Shown here one piece after another: positions 37,367 through 46,851 of a stretch of 64,000 nt of DNA. The notes below the pieces were generated by a model. It worked only from the letters and a program-made list of their open reading frames with translations, was not told the DNA's origin and did no database searches. Both the position numbers and the translations under genes were made by a program. The stretch is from Elusimicrobiota bacterium (GTDB lineage: Bacteria > Elusimicrobiota > Endomicrobiia > Endomicrobiales > JBDRNC01). Numbering within the stretch: the first letter of the stretch is position 1; each line of letters begins with the position of its first letter. The stretch spans positions 1 to 64,000 of the forward strand of contig JBDRNC010000021.1 of the NCBI GenBank assembly GCA_043811535.1. Reading direction: 5' to 3'.

Positions 37367-40300
37367 ATGATAAAGAAAACCTCCTCATCGAAAATCGACA
37401 TAACCGCTGAAATCCTGAAGGATCTCAATCCCGAACAGCTAAAGGCCGTAACGCACGAGTCCGGACCGCTTTTAATAATCGCGGGGGCCGGCACGGGCAA
37501 GACGCGCGTAATAACGCGCAGGATAGCTTATCTTATAGCCACGAAAAAAGCGCGCCCGTCGGAAATTCTGGCGCTTACTTTTACGGATAAAGCCGCCGCG
37601 CAAATGGAAGAGCGCGTGGACACGCTCGTGCCATACGGGTTCAACGACGTGCGGATCTCAACGTTCCATGCGTTCGGCGACAGGATACTCAGGGAAAACG
37701 CGCTGGAACTGGGCCTTCCTACGGATTTCCGCCTGCTTACCCCTGCCGAAGCCGCGGTGTTTTTCCGGGACAACCTGTTTTCATTCCCGCTTGATTACTA
37801 CCGCCCGCTCGGCGCACCGACACAGTACATCAGCTCGATACTAAAGGCGTTCAGCCGCGCCAAGGACGAGGATGTGAGCCCGCGCGATTACGTAAAGTTT
37901 GCCGAAGAGACCGGCAAAACGGCGAGAAAGCCCGATGAAAAGGAGGAAGCGGAACGGCAAATCGAGGTCGCAAAATCCTACCAGAAATATGAAGAGCTTA
38001 AAGGGAAGAACGGCTGTCTGGATTTCGGCGACCAGGTTGTGATGACGCTCAAGCTTTTCAGGGAGCACCCCGCGATACTTGAAGGATACAGAAAACGCTT
38101 CAAATACATTCTCGTAGATGAATTCCAGGACACGAACTACGCGCAGTTTGAGCTGGTCAAGCTTCTCGCGTCGCCGTCGAACAACATTACCGTTGTCGGC
38201 GACGACGACCAGTCGATATATAAGTTCCGAGGGGCGTGCCTGTCGAACATATTGAATTTCATGGAAATATATCCTTCATCGGAAACAGTTGTCCTGCGCC
38301 TTAATTACCGTTCGACCCAGTCGATACTCGACCCGGCGTATAAACTTATCACGCAGAACAACCCGGACCGCCTTGAGGTCAGGAACAAGATTAACAAAGA
38401 GCTCAAGGCCGAGCACAAGAAAGGGCAGGAAGTCAGGCATCTACAATTTGATACGGTTTCAACCGAAGCCGATGAGACCGCAAAACTTATATCGGAAAAG
38501 ATAAAATCCGGCAAATACAAGGCGAAGGATTTCGCGGTCCTTGTCCGCGCCAATGATTCCGCCATGCCGTTCATCAAGTCGCTTAACATGCTGGAAATAC
38601 CCTGGAGGTTTTCCGGATCGCAGGGTCTTTACGAGCGCGACGAGATACGTCTCTTGCTCGCTTTTTTGAGGGTCATCGCAAATCCCGAGGATTCCGCGAG
38701 CCTCCATTATTTCGCTTCATCGCAGCTTTACGATTTCAGCCCCATGGAGCTTTCCGTCATCAATCACGCCGCGTCGCATTACAGGCGGTCGCTGTCGCAC
38801 ATCCTGCGCAACATGGAGAAATACGCGAAAGAGACCGACGGCATTTCGCAGAAAACCGCCTCCGAGGGGAAACGCCTCCTGGCCGACCTTGAAGAGTATT
38901 ACGCTCTCGCCCAGAAACTCCGCACCGGCGAACTGTTGTATGAATTCCTGAAGCGTTCGAAAATGCTTGAAAATTTATACAATGCCGTGAGCGCCCCGGA
39001 TGTTGAAAAGGCAAAGAACATCGCCAAGTTTTTCGGCATAATCAGCCGTTTCGGTGAGATAACTTCCTACGACCGCGTCACGCGTTTCGTGGAATATCTT
39101 GACGCTTTGCTGGAAGCCGGAGACGATCCGGCGGAAGCCGACGCCGATTTCGACGTGGATGCCGTAAACGTCATGACTATACACAAGGCAAAGGGTCTGG
39201 AGTTCCCTGTGGTTTTTATGGTGTCGCTCGTGGAAGACCGTTTCCCGTCGCGCAACCGCCCGGACAAAATAGATATGCCGGTCAAGCTTGTTAAGGACAT
39301 CCTTCCTGAAGGTGATTTTCACATTCAGGAAGAACGCCGGCTGTTTTATGTCGGCATGACGCGCGCAAAAGACGAGCTTTATCTGACAAGCGCGCTTGAT
39401 TACGGCGGAAAGCGCACGAAAAAGGTGTCGCGTTTCGTGATAGAGGCGCTGGACAGGCCGAAAGCCGACGCGTCCGCCGTCAAATCTAGCCCGCGCGAGG
39501 TTATCGAACGTTTCGCCCCGGCGCCGGACCCGGCTGATAAACTTCTCATTCTGCCGGGGAAAGGCGGAATTCTGACGCTTTCCCCCTATGCGATAGACGA
39601 TTACCTTACATGCCCGTTGAAATACAAGTATATCCACGTGCTGAGAGTCCCTTTGTTGCGCCACCACACTGTGGTCTTCGGCGAAGCCGTCCACAATGTT
39701 CTGAACGAGTATTTCCGGCTTAAACAGCAGGGAAAGAAAGTGACCGCCGACGATATCGTGAAAATGTACGAGAAATACTGGTCATCGGCCGGGTTTTTGA
39801 GCCGTGACCATGAAGAAGAGCGTTTCCGGGTAGGGAAAGATAACCTTTTGAAGTATTACGAAGAGCAGGAAAAAGGCGGAATAATCCCGTTTTCACTTGA
39901 AGAGGAATTCAAGTTCATGATAGGGAATAAAATAAGGATTACCGGAAGATGGGACAGATTGGACGAAAGGACAGGAAGCAGGGAGCAGGAAGCAGGGAAC
40001 AGGAAGTCAGGCAAAGAACTCAAAACTCAAAACTCATCACCGGTGCAGCGGGTAATTGTTGATTTCAAGACTACCGGCAAAGTGCGTGACCAGAAAAAAG
40101 CGGACGATACGATAAAGGACAGCCGACAGTTGGTAATATACGCCATGGGGCACGAGTCAAAATACGGCCGGCTGCCCGATCTGGTAGAACTGCATTTTCT
40201 GGAATCGGGACTTACGGCATCGCTGAAACCGGCACAAGAGATGGCGGATAAACTCAAGGTAAAAATAGAAGAAGTAGCCGAAGGGATATATTCAAGACAA

Positions 40301-40375
40301 TTCGCGGCAAACCCCGAATACATGGCCTGCCAGTTCTGCGCCTATTCCAACATCTGCAGGGCGAAACAAACCTGA
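37367..40375 (+). CDS. UvrD/PcrA-like SF1 helicase fused to C-terminal PD-(D/E)xK nuclease with four Cys
   Basis: AGAGTGKT, VDEFQD, GDDDQSIY, TIHKAKGLEF, EERRLFYV; CP...GRWDR...DFKT...QL..Y...CQFC..C. Confidence 0.92.
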   Translation: MIKKTSSSKIDITAEILKDLNPEQLKAVTHESGPLLIIAGAGTGKTRVITRRIAYLIATKKARPSEILALTFTDKAAAQMEERVDTLVPYGFNDVRISTFHAFGDRILRENALELGLPTDFRLLTPAEAAVFFRDNLFSFPLDYYRPLGAPTQYISSILKAFSRAKDEDVSPRDYVKFAEETGKTARKPDEKEEAERQIEVAKSYQKYEELKGKNGCLDFGDQVVMTLKLFREHPAILEGYRKRFKYILVDEFQDTNYAQFELVKLLASPSNNITVVGDDDQSIYKFRGACLSNILNFMEIYPSSETVVLRLNYRSTQSILDPAYKLITQNNPDRLEVRNKINKELKAEHKKGQEVRHLQFDTVSTEADETAKLISEKIKSGKYKAKDFAVLVRANDSAMPFIKSLNMLEIPWRFSGSQGLYERDEIRLLLAFLRVIANPEDSASLHYFASSQLYDFSPMELSVINHAASHYRRSLSHILRNMEKYAKETDGISQKTASEGKRLLADLEEYYALAQKLRTGELLYEFLKRSKMLENLYNAVSAPDVEKAKNIAKFFGIISRFGEITSYDRVTRFVEYLDALLEAGDDPAEADADFDVDAVNVMTIHKAKGLEFPVVFMVSLVEDRFPSRNRPDKIDMPVKLVKDILPEGDFHIQEERRLFYVGMTRAKDELYLTSALDYGGKRTKKVSRFVIEALDRPKADASAVKSSPREVIERFAPAPDPADKLLILPGKGGILTLSPYAIDDYLTCPLKYKYIHVLRVPLLRHHTVVFGEAVHNVLNEYFRLKQQGKKVTADDIVKMYEKYWSSAGFLSRDHEEERFRVGKDNLLKYYEEQEKGGIIPFSLEEEFKFMIGNKIRITGRWDRLDERTGSREQEAGNRKSGKELKTQNSSPVQRVIVDFKTTGKVRDQKKADDTIKDSRQLVIYAMGHESKYGRLPDLVELHFLESGLTASLKPAQEMADKLKVKIEEVAEGIYSRQFAANPEYMACQFCAYSNICRAKQT
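39971..40036 (+). repeat. Hybrid heptamer element inside helicase-nuclease CDS
   Basis: caggaag cagggag caggaag cagggaa caggaag ... aactcaa aactcaa aactca. Confidence 0.88.
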
Positions 40376-40378
40376 CGA

Positions 40379-40486
40379 CAGTATCTAGTATCTCGTATCT
40401 GGTATCTCGTAACTACAAAAGACGAAGACAAATATTTAATTGTCTTTAACCTTGATCGAGATACGAGTCCCGAGATGCGAGATACG
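40379..40486. repeat. Heptamer palindromic element, GTATCTC family
   Basis: gtatcta gtatctc gtatctg gtatctc / gagatac gagtccc gagatgc gagatac. Confidence 0.92.
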
Positions 40487-40491
40487 GTTTT

Positions 40492-41109
40492 TTATTTGTT
40501 TTTAATAAAGAACACTACCCTGCGGTTTTTTTTGCGGTTTTCAAGACTATCATTGGGGATTACGGGTTTGTATTCGCCGTAGCCTACGGCCGCTATGCGA
40601 TTTGGCGCTATGCTTTTTTGAGTGACCATGTATTTAACCACGTTGGTTGCCCGGGCGGTTGAAAGTTCCCAGTTGGAGTCATACTGCGAGGTGTGAATGG
40701 GCGAGTTGTCGGTATGGCCTTCCACGAGCACATCATTTGGAAGCCCTGCAAGTATCGGGGCAACCATGTCCAGAATGCCGATGCCCTGCTGTGTTATGTC
40801 GGCTTTGCCCACTTCAAAGTAGGCCGAGCCTTCTTTTTCTTCCAGCGTGACGCGCATACCTTCCTTGGTCATCTCAACCTGGCCCTGCATCTCCTTTTCC
40901 TTCATCATCTCTTCAAGTTGTTCCTTGGCGTCAACCATGCCTTTGGAAAGCGCGGCGCTCAGGGCGTACAAAATAATGAAAAAGCAGACCAGTTCAGTCA
41001 TAAGGTCCGCGTAATTGACCATCCAGGGCGGAGCGGGATGCCCTATCTGCGCGACCTTAGGGTCGTTCGCATCTATCATGTTGCGCATCATCCGCTTGTT
41101 TATTCTCAT
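40492..41109 (-). CDS. motB: MotB-like stator protein with OmpA peptidoglycan-binding domain
   Basis: WMVNYADLMT TM motif, EGHTD, SNWELSTARA, NRRV. Confidence 0.9.
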   Translation of the reverse strand: MRINKRMMRNMIDANDPKVAQIGHPAPPWMVNYADLMTELVCFFIILYALSAALSKGMVDAKEQLEEMMKEKEMQGQVEMTKEGMRVTLEEKEGSAYFEVGKADITQQGIGILDMVAPILAGLPNDVLVEGHTDNSPIHTSQYDSNWELSTARATNVVKYMVTQKSIAPNRIAAVGYGEYKPVIPNDSLENRKKNRRVVFFIKNK

Positions 41110-41119
41110 ATTTAAACCT

Positions 41120-41202
41120 AATTACACATTACAGATTACAAATTACAGATTGAGTGCCGAAAGTTTTTAATTTGTAATTGTCTAATATGTAATCTGTAAT
41201 TG
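41120..41202. repeat. Heptamer palindromic element, TTACAGA family, between motA and motB
   Basis: attacac attacag attacaa attacag / ttgtaat..atgtaat ctgtaat. Confidence 0.9.
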
Positions 41203-41205
41203 TAT

Positions 41206-41994
41206 TTATTGTCCCGCGGCCGTTATGCGTCCGCCTCTCTTGGCGGGTTCAATGAAGGCCTTCAGGTTTTCTTCCATTTTGCTGGGTATAGCGCCGGACT
41301 GCAGAAGCAGCACGCCGCGTATTATAATTTCCTTCTGAAGCAGTTCCTCGTCGGATTTTCTGCGCAGTTTTCCTGCCATCGGGAGGAACAGCAGGTATCC
41401 GGAACCGAGGCCGAAAAAGGCAGCCGCAAGCGCCAAAGCCATCCTTCGCGGGACTTCCGCGACGTCCGTTATGGAGTTAAGCATCAGAATCATGCCCAGT
41501 ACCGTTCCGATGATTCCGAACGCCGGCGCGTAGGTTCCGAGCGCGTTGAATATCTCCTGTCCGACTTTATGGCGTTCCCGGATGAACTCGATCTCGGTCT
41601 CAAGCAGGTTGGTTATGAACTCCTTATCCATGCCGTCCACGACCATCTGCACGCCGCGCCTCTGGAAATCTATGCGCAGGTTCTTCGCGTCGCTTTCAAG
41701 CGCGAGAAACCCGTCGGTCCTGGCTTTCTTTGATAATTCAACAAAAGAATTTATTATATAATTCGTATCATCGTCATCCTGCGTAAAAAGCACTTTTTTA
41801 AGCACTTTTGTAAGGCCGAACACCTGTTTAAGCGGGTAGTTCACGAAAAGAGCCGCGATAGTGCCGCCCATGACGACAAAAAGGGCTTCGACGTTTAAAA
41901 ACGGTACGAAGCCCTTGACACCTTCAGCAAGCAAAACGGATATGATCACCAGCCCGAGGCCGACGCTCACGCCGAGTACGGTAGTTATATCCAT
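41206..41994 (-). CDS. motA: MotA-like stator proton channel
   Basis: VMGGT, GFLALE, APAFGIIGTVLGMI, LPMAGKL. Confidence 0.9.
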   Translation of the reverse strand: MDITTVLGVSVGLGLVIISVLLAEGVKGFVPFLNVEALFVVMGGTIAALFVNYPLKQVFGLTKVLKKVLFTQDDDDTNYIINSFVELSKKARTDGFLALESDAKNLRIDFQRRGVQMVVDGMDKEFITNLLETEIEFIRERHKVGQEIFNALGTYAPAFGIIGTVLGMILMLNSITDVAEVPRRMALALAAAFFGLGSGYLLFLPMAGKLRRKSDEELLQKEIIIRGVLLLQSGAIPSKMEENLKAFIEPAKRGGRITAAGQ

Positions 41995-42039
41995 TAAAAG
42001 ACCTCCTGAACGAAATGTTTATAAAATGTCTGATTTCTT

Positions 42040-42110
42040 AATCCACCTACGCTGAATTCCGGTTTTTGCAAAGTATGAATAATCTTGTTGGATTCCGCTT
42101 CGGCGGATTT
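42040..42110. repeat. REP-like element AATCCACCTACGC..GCTWCGGCGGATTT
   Basis: Both ends match 48541-48581. Confidence 0.75.
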
Positions 42111-42167
42111 ACGCACCCAGACGAAAAACAATGGTTTTTCAAAGCGTTTACATATTGTGCTTCAATA

Positions 42168-42196
42168 AGTTTAGTCAATTTTATGTCAATTGTCAA
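42168..42196 (-). promoter_or_regulatory. Probable sigma70 promoter of motAB
   Basis: Minus strand TTGACA-N17-TAAACT. Confidence 0.55.
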
Positions 42197-42276
42197 TCCC
42201 CGCCAACCGCGAATACACTTATTGCGGCGCCAAGTGTGACGTCCAGGCGGTGTTTGGGATAACGTTTTAATACCAG

Positions 42277-42345
42277 AGATTAGTGAATAGAGAATAGGAA
42301 ATAGAACAACTAATCCTAGTCCCTATTCTCTAAGTACTATTCCCT
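42277..42345. repeat. Heptamer palindromic element, GAATAGG family
   Basis: agtgaat agagaat aggaaat / cctattctctaagtactattccct. Confidence 0.85.
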
Positions 42346-42354
42346 GCCGTATTC

Positions 42355-42383
42355 TTGACTTTTTCCCTCTGAAGTGGTACAAT
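42355..42383 (+). promoter_or_regulatory. Probable sigma70 promoter of flbD-ppdK
   Basis: TTGACT-N17-TACAAT with TG extension. Confidence 0.6.
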
Positions 42384-42488
42384 AACAAAGTCTTACAGCC
42401 AGTTATCCCATCCAGGAAACAGGCAAAAATAACTGAAAATACATTAAGAAAAGCATTCCCGACTGATTAATTTCGGGCAGCCATTTCC

Positions 42489-42707
42489 ATGATAAAACTC
42501 CATAAACTCAACGGTCAGGAAATAATAATCAATGCGGAATTGATAGAGAGCATTGAGGCCGCGCCGGACACGATATTGAGCTTATACACGAACAACCGCT
42601 TTATCGTAAAAGAGAACCTGGAAGAGGTTCTGCGGGTCATACTTGAATACAAGAAGCTCTGCGGCCAGCCTAATCTACCTCAGATGGACTTCGGCAGAAA
42701 AAAATAA
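42489..42707 (+). CDS. flbD: FlbD/SwrD family protein
   Basis: MIKLHKLNG..INAELIESIE..PDT..VKE. Confidence 0.85.
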   Translation: MIKLHKLNGQEIIINAELIESIEAAPDTILSLYTNNRFIVKENLEEVLRVILEYKKLCGQPNLPQMDFGRKK

Positions 42708-42755
42708 ATAATCCGCCGTTGAAACGTTGGCGGACTTACAAAAAGGAGCATTAAA

Positions 42756-45491
42756 ATGGCAAAGAAGAACGTATACTTTTTCGGCGGCGGAAAAGCCGAC
42801 GGAAATGAAAGTATGAAGAATCTGCTGGGCGGCAAAGGCGCCAACCTGGCTGAAATGGCCGGCCACAAAAATCTTAGATTGCCGGTGCCCCCCGGATTCA
42901 CGATAACCACAGATGTCTGTACCCACTACTACGAAAATAAACGCAAATATCCCGGAACACTTAAAGCCGAAGTCAATGCGGCAATGAAAAAAATAGAAGT
43001 TATTATGGGCAAAAAGTTCGGAGATGTGAAAGATCCGCTTCTTATGTCCGTTCGTTCGGGAGCACGTAAATCAATGCCCGGCATGATGGACACAGTCCTT
43101 AATGTCGGACTCAACGATCAAACCATAAACGGCCTTATTGAAAAAACAGGCAGCGGTCGTTTTGCGTATGATGCATACCGCAGGCTTATAATGATGTACG
43201 CAGATGTTGTCATGGAAAAAGCAGAAGGCAGAGCACCGGCACGCGGCAAGGGCATCCGTAAATTGATGGATGAGAAACTTGGCGAATTAAAAGCGAAAAA
43301 AGGCGTAAAGAACGATACAGAACTTACCGCAGAAGACCTTAAAGGCCTTGTTGCGGAATTCAAAGAAATGGTTAAGACTGAAATGGGCCAGCCATTCCCC
43401 GAGAAACCCGAAGATCAGCTTTGGGGCGGCGTTGGCGCAGTATTTATGTCATGGAACGGCAAACGCGCGATAGAGTATCGCCGCATTGAACGTATTCCTG
43501 ACGAATGGGGCACAGCAGTAAACGTTCAGGCCATGGTGTTCGGCAATATGGGTGACGATTGCGCAACCGGAGTTGCTTTCACAAGAAATCCCGGTAACGG
43601 CGATAAGTACTTCTACGGCGAATATCTTGTTAATGCCCAAGGCGAAGATGTAGTTGCAGGTATCCGCACCCCTTCCCCAATTAACGAACTGTCCAAAAAT
43701 GACCACTCAAGAAACCTTCCGACACTTCAGCAAACAATGCCTGCAGTTTACAAAGAACTCGACAGCTTCCAGAAACGCCTTGAGAACCACTACAAGGATA
43801 TGCAGGACATTGAGTTCACAATCGAAAAAGGCAAATTGTTCATGCTTCAGTGCCGTATCGGCAAACGCAACGGCACCGCGGCAGTAAAGATAGCTGCAGA
43901 CATGTACAAAGAGAAATTTATCGACGCGAAAACCGCAATTATGCGCGTTAACCCGAACCAGCTCGTGGAGCTCCTGCTTCCGATGATTGAACCCAAGTTC
44001 GAGGCTACCAGCAAGGTCATTGCCAAAGGATTGCCCGCGGGTCCCGGCGGAGCAGTAGGCCGCGTAGTTTTCACATCACACGAAGCAGTACAATGGGGAG
44101 AGAAAGGCGAGAAAGTTATTCTTGTCCGCGAAGAAACATCTCCTGAAGACGTTGACGGAATGCACAAATCACAGGCAATCCTTACATCCAAAGGCGGTAT
44201 GACCTCGCACGCTGCGCTTGTCGCGCGCGGTTGGGGCAAATGCTGCATAGTAGGATGCGAAGGCCTTGAAATAGCAGATGACGAAAAGAGCTTCACAACA
44301 AAGTCGGGCGTTACCGTAAAAGAAGGCGAATGGATAACATTGAACGGCACCAAAGGTACCGTTTATGTTGGCAAGCTTGAACTTATGGACCCGAACTTAG
44401 AAGCCAATACATCATATACCGAGTTGATGAAGCTTGTGGACAAGGCGCGTACGTTGAAAGTTCGCACCAATGCCGACACCCCCAAGGATACACAGAAAGC
44501 AATAGATTTCGGAGCTGAAGGCATCGGCCTTTTCCGCATAGAGCATATGTTCTACGGCGAAGGTTCTGATAAACCTTTGTTCCTGCTTCGCAAAATGATA
44601 ATGTCAAAAACTCTCGAAGAGCGCAAAGCCGCACTGAATGAGTTGGCGGTATTCGTAAAATCAGATGTCAAGGCAACCATGCAGGTTCTTAATGGTTTCC
44701 CGCTTACAATAAGGCTTATTGACCCTCCTCTTCACGAGTTCGTGCCGCACAGCGCAGACAAAATAGCTGATATGGCAAAAGAACTTGGCATCAGCGTTGA
44801 AGACGCCAAGAGACGCGGCGATGCATTGAAAGAAAACAACCCGATGTTGGGCCATCGCGGCGTTCGCCTTGGAGTAACCTATCCTGAAGTAACCGAGATG
44901 CAGGTTCGCGCAATCATCGAAGCAGCCGGCGAGCTTATCAAATCAGGCAAAAAAGCAGTTCCTGAGATAATGATCCCGGTTACCTGCTCTGTCAAAGAAC
45001 TCGATGACCAAAAAGTCATAGTGGAAAAAGTCCACGCGGAAGTCCAGAAAGCGCTCGGCGTCAAGATACCGTACTTGTACGGAACGATGATCGAGATACC
45101 GCGCGCAGCCCTTCTTGCAGACAAGATGGCTGAGACCGCGCAGTTCTTCTCGTTCGGTACCAACGATCTTACCCAAATGACCTTTGGTTTCTCAAGAGAT
45201 GACATAGGCGGTTTCCTTCCTTCATATCTCGAAAGAAAAATATTGCCTTACGATCCTTTCCAGACCGTCGATTTCGACGGCGTTGGCCAGTTAATGAAGT
45301 ACGGAATTGAGCGTGGCAGAAAAACGAAGAAACACCTTAAAGTCGGTATCTGCGGAGAGCACGGCGGAGACCCCACTTCCGTTGAGTTCTGCCATAACAT
45401 CGGCATGGATTACGTTTCCTGTTCGCCGTTCAGAGTGCCCATCGCAAGATTAGCCGCTGCCCAGGCCGCATTGAAAGGCAAGAAAAAATAG
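42756..45491 (+). CDS. ppdK: Pyruvate phosphate dikinase
   Basis: LLGGKGANLAEM, GGMTSHAA, FGTNDLTQ, GICGEHGG. Confidence 0.98.
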   Translation: MAKKNVYFFGGGKADGNESMKNLLGGKGANLAEMAGHKNLRLPVPPGFTITTDVCTHYYENKRKYPGTLKAEVNAAMKKIEVIMGKKFGDVKDPLLMSVRSGARKSMPGMMDTVLNVGLNDQTINGLIEKTGSGRFAYDAYRRLIMMYADVVMEKAEGRAPARGKGIRKLMDEKLGELKAKKGVKNDTELTAEDLKGLVAEFKEMVKTEMGQPFPEKPEDQLWGGVGAVFMSWNGKRAIEYRRIERIPDEWGTAVNVQAMVFGNMGDDCATGVAFTRNPGNGDKYFYGEYLVNAQGEDVVAGIRTPSPINELSKNDHSRNLPTLQQTMPAVYKELDSFQKRLENHYKDMQDIEFTIEKGKLFMLQCRIGKRNGTAAVKIAADMYKEKFIDAKTAIMRVNPNQLVELLLPMIEPKFEATSKVIAKGLPAGPGGAVGRVVFTSHEAVQWGEKGEKVILVREETSPEDVDGMHKSQAILTSKGGMTSHAALVARGWGKCCIVGCEGLEIADDEKSFTTKSGVTVKEGEWITLNGTKGTVYVGKLELMDPNLEANTSYTELMKLVDKARTLKVRTNADTPKDTQKAIDFGAEGIGLFRIEHMFYGEGSDKPLFLLRKMIMSKTLEERKAALNELAVFVKSDVKATMQVLNGFPLTIRLIDPPLHEFVPHSADKIADMAKELGISVEDAKRRGDALKENNPMLGHRGVRLGVTYPEVTEMQVRAIIEAAGELIKSGKKAVPEIMIPVTCSVKELDDQKVIVEKVHAEVQKALGVKIPYLYGTMIEIPRAALLADKMAETAQFFSFGTNDLTQMTFGFSRDDIGGFLPSYLERKILPYDPFQTVDFDGVGQLMKYGIERGRKTKKHLKVGICGEHGGDPTSVEFCHNIGMDYVSCSPFRVPIARLAAAQAALKGKKK

Positions 45492-45540
45492 GGTCAAGTA
45501 GCAAGGGTCAAGGGTCCAGTAACGACTTGACCAACCCTGA
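45490..45540 (+). repeat. GGGTCCA-family element after ppdK stop
   Basis: gggtcaa gtagcaa gggtcaa gggtcca / cttgacc. Confidence 0.75.
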
Positions 45541-45548
45541 AGCATATG

Positions 45549-45586
45549 AAAGCAGGCGGGAATCGCAACTTCCCGCCTGCTTTTTT
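45549..45586 (+). terminator. Intrinsic terminator after ppdK
   Basis: AAAGCAGGCGGGAA / TTCCCGCCTGCTTT stem followed by T run. Confidence 0.85.
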
Positions 45587-45630
45587 GATACAATTTAAGA
45601 CAAGGTGTTGTTTCTGTCAGGAGCAAATCA

Positions 45631-46101
45631 TTGGATAAAGACAAGATAACATATCGCCGGTACAAAAAATCTGATTGCGACGCGGTAGGGGAGCTTCATC
45701 TCGCGGCGCTTCAGAGCGCGGGTGTGCTGGTGAGCCGCGGGCCTTGGGATGATGACTTAAATGATATTGAGGGCATCTATATAAACAATCAAGGAGAGTT
45801 TATTATCGCTGAACTTGAAGGCGTGATAATCGGCATGGGAGCGATAAGACAGGTATCGGAAGGGATCGCGGAAGTAAAAAGGATGAGAGTGGAGCCGGGA
45901 TTCCAGGGTAAAGGCATAGGTTCGCAAATCCTGATTATGCTAGAAAAGAGGGCCAAGGAACTTGACTACAAGGAATTACAGCTTGATACCTCTTCCAAAC
46001 TGCACCGTACCCAGAAGTTTTATACCGAACGCGGTTATGTTGAGTTTGACAGGCAGACGAAGGGAGATCATGATTTAGTATTCTTCAAGAAAAGGATATA
46101 A
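45631..46101 (+). CDS. GNAT family N-acetyltransferase
   Basis: EVKRMRVEPGFQGKGIG, FYTERGY. Confidence 0.88.
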   Translation: MDKDKITYRRYKKSDCDAVGELHLAALQSAGVLVSRGPWDDDLNDIEGIYINNQGEFIIAELEGVIIGMGAIRQVSEGIAEVKRMRVEPGFQGKGIGSQILIMLEKRAKELDYKELQLDTSSKLHRTQKFYTERGYVEFDRQTKGDHDLVFFKKRI

Positions 46102-46106
46102 ACTAA

Positions 46107-46838
46107 ATGAAACCAACTAAAGACGCGTACGGAAAAGAGATATGGGCGCGATATAAGAAGAAAAGCGATATTGAAACGATAGAGAGAGACGACGGCTACT
46201 CTGAGAGTTCTCCCGGGTTCGCTTCTATATACTTTTCTCCGCACAAAGAATGGTCCGAACACGATAATAAAGCTATTAAACTGGTCAAGGGCCGGGTGCT
46301 GGACGTCGGCTGCGGAGCGGGAAGGCACTCGCTTTACCTGCAGGGGCTGGGTTTTGACGTTACCGCGATAGACAACTCGCCCCTGGCGGTCAAGGTATGC
46401 AGATTACGCGGCATCAAGAAAGCTAAAGTCATATCCGTAACGCAGACCGGCAAGTTTAAGGCGGGTTCATTCGATACCATCATCATGATGGGTAACAACT
46501 TCGGCCTCATGGGCGGTTTCAGGCAGGCGCGCAGGATACTGAAGGCATTTTACAGGATAACATCGCCGGGCGGGCGGATAATAGCCGAGACAACCGATCC
46601 GTATAAAACCGATTTTCCGCCTCACCTGAAGTATCAGGCGTGGAACAGGCGCCGGGGCAGGATGTCCGGTCAGTTGAGAATCAGGGCAAAATTCGGCAAG
46701 TGCAGGGGCCCATGGTTCGATTATCTGTTCGTTTCGCGCGAAGAACTCAAGGATATCCTTTCCGGTACCCGATGGAAAATAGAAAAGCTCATAAACACGA
46801 AAACATCGAAGTATATGATGATACTTCATAAAAAATAG
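46107..46838 (+). CDS. Class I SAM-dependent methyltransferase
   Basis: VLDVGCGAGRH, FDTIIMMGNN. Confidence 0.88.
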   Translation: MKPTKDAYGKEIWARYKKKSDIETIERDDGYSESSPGFASIYFSPHKEWSEHDNKAIKLVKGRVLDVGCGAGRHSLYLQGLGFDVTAIDNSPLAVKVCRLRGIKKAKVISVTQTGKFKAGSFDTIIMMGNNFGLMGGFRQARRILKAFYRITSPGGRIIAETTDPYKTDFPPHLKYQAWNRRRGRMSGQLRIRAKFGKCRGPWFDYLFVSREELKDILSGTRWKIEKLINTKTSKYMMILHKK

Positions 46839-46851
46839 GTGGTTAAGGCAT

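Noticed and set aside
40492..41994. motAB as Zorya ZorAB defence
   Set aside because: MotA lacks the long ZorA tail, no zorC/D/E is adjacent, and flbD is nearby.
42000..42130. c-di-GMP riboswitch upstream of motA
   Set aside because: Consensus elements were not recognisable, and the structure is better explained by the repeat shared with 48541.
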